Below, piece after piece: positions 59,784 to 64,000 of a DNA stretch of 64,000 bases; position 1 is the stretch's first letter, and the number at the start of each line of letters is the position of its first letter. The notes beneath the pieces are model-generated. The model saw nothing but the letters and a program-made list of their open reading frames with translations. It had not been told where the DNA came from and ran no database searches. A program made the translations under genes and the position numbers. The stretch is from NCBI GenBank assembly GCA_040768745.1, contig JAXGMI010000001.1:1216001-1280000 (forward strand), in the 5' to 3' direction. The stretch is from Desulfomicrobium sp. (GTDB taxonomy: Bacteria > Desulfobacterota > Desulfovibrionia > Desulfovibrionales > Desulfomicrobiaceae).

Positions 59784-60332
59784 ATGGTTAAAAAATTCTT
59801 CACATCTTTGCTCGACCATTTTGAAAGCTATATTTGCCAAGTACTTCTTGTTTTCTTTGTGGTCATACTGTTTGTTCAGATTGTTCTGCGGGCCATCAAC
59901 ATGTCGTTGTCCTGGACAGAAGAGATCGCACGCTACGCCTTTCTGTGGTTCATCCTGTTTGGCGCCTGCTACGCCACCCGTCTTGCATGCCTGAACCGCG
60001 TCACCATGCAGTTCGCCAAATTTCCCAAATGGGTCACTTCCGCATCTCTTCTTCTCAGCGATTTTGTGTGGTTCTGCTTCTGCCTGGCCATGGCCTGGTA
60101 CGGGTACAAGGCGTACATGGACCTGGTGGAATTCCCCTACCATACCCCGGCCCTGGATTGGGACCTGAGCAGGATTTACCTCGTATTTCCCATCAGCTTT
60201 CTGCTCATGGCCATCCGGATCATCCAGGTCAATGTCATCAAATATGTGCTGAAGGAAGAACTTGTCGACCCGGAACAGGAGGCCCTGAAGGAGAGTCAGA
60301 AAACCCTCATCGCACACGAAGGAGGTGAGTAA
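59784..60332 (+). CDS. dctQ: TRAP transporter small permease (DctQ/TauL-like)
   Basis: 4 TM; QIVLR...SLSWTEEIARYAFLW..FG. Confidence 0.9.
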   Translation: MVKKFFTSLLDHFESYICQVLLVFFVVILFVQIVLRAINMSLSWTEEIARYAFLWFILFGACYATRLACLNRVTMQFAKFPKWVTSASLLLSDFVWFCFCLAMAWYGYKAYMDLVEFPYHTPALDWDLSRIYLVFPISFLLMAIRIIQVNVIKYVLKEELVDPEQEALKESQKTLIAHEGGE

Positions 60333-61639
60333 TGGGCGCGATATCCCCCGCCGAAGTTGCATTGGTGCTGTTTGGCGTTTTCTTTGCCGTGCTTCTCATC
60401 GGCAGTCCGATCATGGTGGCCCTGGGCGTCGCGGCCATGGCCTCCTTTGCCATGGTGGGAACGGACCTCGGGGCCATGATCGAAATGGCGGCTTCATCCT
60501 TGACATCCTTTCCGCTTATGGCGCTGCCGTGCTTTGTGCTGGCAGGGTCGCTCATGGAGGCCGCCGGAGTTTCGCGAAGGCTGGTGCATATCGCCGAGAA
60601 CATCGTCGGCCCGATTCCGGGCGGTCTGGCCGTCTCCACTGCGCTGGCCTGCGTGTTTTTCGGGGCCATTTCCGGCTCGGGCCCGGCCACGACCGCGGCT
60701 GTGGGCATGCTCATGATCCCGGCCATGGTCAACCGCGGGTATGACAAGGGGTACGCGGCCGCCGCAACGGCAACTGCCGGCGGAATCGGCATCATCATTC
60801 CGCCGAGCATACCCATGGTCATTTACGGTGTTTCCGGTCAGCAGAGCATTGCCAAAATGTTCATGGGCGGGTTCATTCCCGGCACAATGATCGCTCTGGC
60901 TTTCAGTGCCGCGCATCTGTATTTTTGCAGAAATCTCGATACCAGCGGGCTGCAGCGTTGGTCTGTATCCAGCCTGCTGCGGGCGCTGAAGGACGGCATT
61001 TGGTCCATGCTGGCGCCCATAATCATCCTGGGCGGCATTTACGCTGGGTTCTTCACGCCGACCGAAGCCGCCGTAGTCGCCATTTTCTATACCCTCTTCG
61101 TGGGCGTATTCATTCACAGGGAATTGAAATTCCATGAATTCATGAGCGCATTGAAGACAACGTCGTGGCTCACTGGCCGAGTCCTGGTCATTGTCTTCAC
61201 CGCATATGCCTTTGGCCGTCTGCTGACCGAGTACCGCATCCCCATAATGATTGCGGACTGGATACTGGGATTTACAACCCAGGTGTATGTGGTGTGGTTC
61301 TTTGTTGTCGCTCTGCTCATCTTCCTGGGCATGTTCATGGAAACATTGGCCATAATCCTGCTGGTGACGCCGGTGCTCCTGCCTGTCATGGTCGCCTATG
61401 GAGTCGATCCCATTCACTTCGGTGTTGTCTTGATCTGCTGCGTGGCTGTTGGTTTCTCCACTCCTCCCCTTGGGGAAAACATTTTCATCGCATCCGGCAT
61501 CTCGGATATGTCTCTCGAACAAATCGCGTTGAAAGCCCTGCCCTTTGTTTTGATCAACATCGCTGTCATAGCGCTATTGATCATCTTCCCGGATCTTGTC
61601 CTGTATTTGCCGAGCCTGATTGATGTCACTCTGCAATAA
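60332..61639 (+). CDS. dctM: TRAP transporter large permease (DctM/TauM-like)
   Basis: SFPLMALP.FVLAG, FGAISGSG.AT, IIPPSIPMVIYG, GFFTPTEAA, GVDPIHFG, TPPLG. Confidence 0.93.
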   Translation: MGAISPAEVALVLFGVFFAVLLIGSPIMVALGVAAMASFAMVGTDLGAMIEMAASSLTSFPLMALPCFVLAGSLMEAAGVSRRLVHIAENIVGPIPGGLAVSTALACVFFGAISGSGPATTAAVGMLMIPAMVNRGYDKGYAAAATATAGGIGIIIPPSIPMVIYGVSGQQSIAKMFMGGFIPGTMIALAFSAAHLYFCRNLDTSGLQRWSVSSLLRALKDGIWSMLAPIIILGGIYAGFFTPTEAAVVAIFYTLFVGVFIHRELKFHEFMSALKTTSWLTGRVLVIVFTAYAFGRLLTEYRIPIMIADWILGFTTQVYVVWFFVVALLIFLGMFMETLAIILLVTPVLLPVMVAYGVDPIHFGVVLICCVAVGFSTPPLGENIFIASGISDMSLEQIALKALPFVLINIAVIALLIIFPDLVLYLPSLIDVTLQ

Positions 61640-61740
61640 TGGTGTTGGTGTTTTGTGGAATGGAGACATATGCGCAGGTTCAATTTCGGGAGTGGTTCTC
61701 GACCAGGGGCCTTGGCGCAAATAACTGCAAGGAGATTTGA

Positions 61741-62748
61741 ATGAAAAGAAGCATCGTTCTCATCGTGATGGCATTGTTCGTCGTCTGTTCAACGGCCGCA
61801 TGGGCCGCTCCGAGTCTGGTTCTCAAAATGGCTGCCGGCGATCCCAAGGATTCGGAAATGGGCGTGGTCGGGGATGCGTTCAAGAAATACGTCGAAGAGA
61901 AATCCAAAGGCGCCATAGAGGTTCAGACTTTTTATTCCGGAGCCCTTGGCGATGAAACCGAAACCATCCACAACGTGCGACGCGGCACCCTGGACCTGAC
62001 CTGCGTGGGCATTGCCAACGCCGTTCCTTTCGTCAAGGAACTGGGCATGCTGACCCTGCCCTACATGTTCAGCAACCTGGATGAAGTTGTGGCGGCCACG
62101 AATGGCGAGTCGGCAAAAATCCTGACTGACTATTCTCTGAAAGGCGGTTTCCGTCCCCTGACCTGGACCTATACCGACTTCCGCTACATTTCCAATGCCA
62201 AGCGTCCCATCACGAAAATGTCTGATGTCGTGGGCTTGAAGTTCCGCGTGCCCCAGAGCGCCGTGCTGCTTGCCGCCTACAAGTCCTGGGGCGCCAGCCC
62301 GGTTCCGATCTCCTGGGCGGAAACCTTCACCGCCCTGCAGCAGGGCGTGGTCGACGGCCAGTGCTATGGCTACATCGGATTCCGGGCCATGAAGTTCAAT
62401 GAGGCCAACCAGAAGTATATCACGGAGATCCACTATACCTATCAGCTGCAACCGCTGCTCATGAGCGAACGCGTGTTCAAGAAGATGACCCCTGAGCAGC
62501 AGCAGCTCATGATCGATGCGGGCAAGGCCGCGCAGGATGCAGTGCTCAAGTACCAGATCGAACAATCCTCCAAGGCCAAAGAAGACCTTGTCAAGGTGGG
62601 GGTTGTGGTCTCCCAGCTGGAAAATGAAGAGGAGTGGAAAAAGGCGGCTGTGGGAAAGGTGTGGCCAGAGATGGCAGATTTTGTCGGCGGCAAGGACGCC
62701 ATCAATGCATTCCTGAAGAGCTTCGGCAAGCCGGAGTGGAAGCCTTAA
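61741..62748 (+). CDS. dctP: TRAP transporter substrate-binding protein (DctP/TauK-like)
   Basis: Signal peptide; LPYMF, GLKFRVP, WGASPVPISWAETFTALQQGVVDGQ. Confidence 0.92.
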   Translation: MKRSIVLIVMALFVVCSTAAWAAPSLVLKMAAGDPKDSEMGVVGDAFKKYVEEKSKGAIEVQTFYSGALGDETETIHNVRRGTLDLTCVGIANAVPFVKELGMLTLPYMFSNLDEVVAATNGESAKILTDYSLKGGFRPLTWTYTDFRYISNAKRPITKMSDVVGLKFRVPQSAVLLAAYKSWGASPVPISWAETFTALQQGVVDGQCYGYIGFRAMKFNEANQKYITEIHYTYQLQPLLMSERVFKKMTPEQQQLMIDAGKAAQDAVLKYQIEQSSKAKEDLVKVGVVVSQLENEEEWKKAAVGKVWPEMADFVGGKDAINAFLKSFGKPEWKP

Positions 62749-62814
62749 CTCACTGAAGAGTTTGCCGGTCCGACTTCGCAGGAAGCTGGACCGGCAAGTT
62801 TCATGGGAGAATGT

Positions 62815-63645
62815 ATGTCACACGCCTCTTCTGACGAGCCTTTCTCCTGTTTGCAGGCCGTCGTCATGGACTGGGCCGGCACGACAGTTGATTTCGGTTG
62901 CCAGGGCCCGGTGCAGGCCTTTGTGGAATGCTTTGCTGCTTTTGGGGTTGAGGTAACCGTGGCCGAAGCCCGGGAGCCCATGGGTATGGGTAAAAGGGAA
63001 CACGTGGCCGCCATGTGCGCCATGCCGCGCATAGCCGATGCGTGGAGGACGGTGCATGGAGCGCCCCCATCCGTTGCGGATATCGATCGTATCTACAAGC
63101 GGGTGGAAAGCGTCATGGTCGAAGTCATCCAGCGCTACAGTGTGCCCATGCCAGGTGTGGTGGATGCCGTGGCGGCCATGCGGCGGCAGGGACTGCGCAT
63201 TGGTTCCTGCACAGGGTATCCCAGGTCCGTGGGCGAGATTCTCGCGGAACGCGCCCGGGAATTTGGTTATGAGCCTGATGTGCTGGTCTGTGCGACTGAT
63301 GTGTCCCACGGCAGGCCGGAGCCTGACATGTGTTTGAAGGCACTGAAGGACATGAACCTTCAGGACCCTGCCCGGGCCGTGAAGATCGGCGATACGGTCA
63401 ATGATGTCCTTGAAGGGCTGCGGGCCGGAATGTGGGTGATAGGGCTGACTTTGTCCGGGAGTCTGGCCGGCTTGACAGAGGAAGAGCTGCGGCAGCTCCC
63501 TGAAGCGCAGAAGTGGCTGATGCACAACAAGATTGGTGACCTTCTGGCGAATGCCGGAGCGCATTTCACCGCGCCGGATCTGCCTTCGTGTCTCTCCATT
63601 CTGAGCAAAATAGACGAGCACTGCCAGAATAACTACACGCCATAA
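62815..63645 (+). CDS. phnX: Phosphonoacetaldehyde hydrolase (phosphonatase, HAD family)
   Basis: DWAGTTVDFG nucleophile motif, AREPMGMGKREH with the Schiff-base Lys, IGSCTGY, GRPEP, VKIGDTVNDVLEGLRAGMW. Confidence 0.93.
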   Translation: MSHASSDEPFSCLQAVVMDWAGTTVDFGCQGPVQAFVECFAAFGVEVTVAEAREPMGMGKREHVAAMCAMPRIADAWRTVHGAPPSVADIDRIYKRVESVMVEVIQRYSVPMPGVVDAVAAMRRQGLRIGSCTGYPRSVGEILAERAREFGYEPDVLVCATDVSHGRPEPDMCLKALKDMNLQDPARAVKIGDTVNDVLEGLRAGMWVIGLTLSGSLAGLTEEELRQLPEAQKWLMHNKIGDLLANAGAHFTAPDLPSCLSILSKIDEHCQNNYTP

Positions 63646-63789
63646 CCAATCCATCGGCATCAGATTGCTCGTAAACATGATCGACCGATCAGATTGATGG
63701 CTGTATGACAGGAATTTTGGCATCGCAGCGATGTCTGTGCGAGCGTCCGACGTTGCCGATCCAAGAAACGTATCACGCTCATCCTCCTG

Positions 63790-63824
63790 GGGCCTTTGGA
63801 CCGATGTCCAGGGCCCTTTTTTTT
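63790..63824 (+). terminator. Rho-independent terminator downstream of phnX
   Basis: GGGCCTTTGGAC-CGAT-GTCCAGGGCCC followed by T8. Confidence 0.65.
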
Positions 63825-64000
63825 CGCAGTTTTTGGCTGCAGTTTTCGGCACCTACCCATAAATAAGCCTGCTTTGTGCCGGATTGGCGAAATTCCCTCC
63901 GCCTTGTGCGCAGGAGGGCACCCCAAGTTTGACAGCAATATCGAGCTTATTTGTTTAAAATTAGGATATTATCGCTTCGGCGCTAGTTGGAGTTTACACT

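Overview
A 64 kb chromosomal window from a GC-rich sulfate-reducing bacterium. The Qrc complex, tungstate uptake and several sigma54 systems point to Desulfovibrionales, probably Desulfomicrobium-like; this is inferred, not searched. Housekeeping and energy genes: phoB-phoR-pstB-phoU with a Pho-box array, three tRNAs, serS, CIRCE-groES-groEL, msrA, qrcABCD, cobalamin riboswitch-nrdG-nrdD, tupABC. Accessory blocks: chrB-chrA; a heme-c sensor/sigma54 system with a YeiH-type exporter; a CydA-octaheme cytochrome c fusion pair. Two observations stand out. (1) A divergent taurine-dissimilation cluster (xsc <- | -> tpa-ald-TRAP) ends in an intact phosphonatase phnX with no phnW in the window. It sits beside a HutC/PhnF-type GntR, and GTCTAGAC operators recur in its promoter regions, suggesting a joint taurine / 2-aminoethylphosphonate (C-S and C-P bond) catabolic system. 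(2) A DsrE-family selenoprotein (UxxC, with a SECIS-like hairpin) is cut short at an in-frame TGA by the ORF track. No integrase, transposase or CRISPR array was seen. All family calls come from motif recognition, not database searches.
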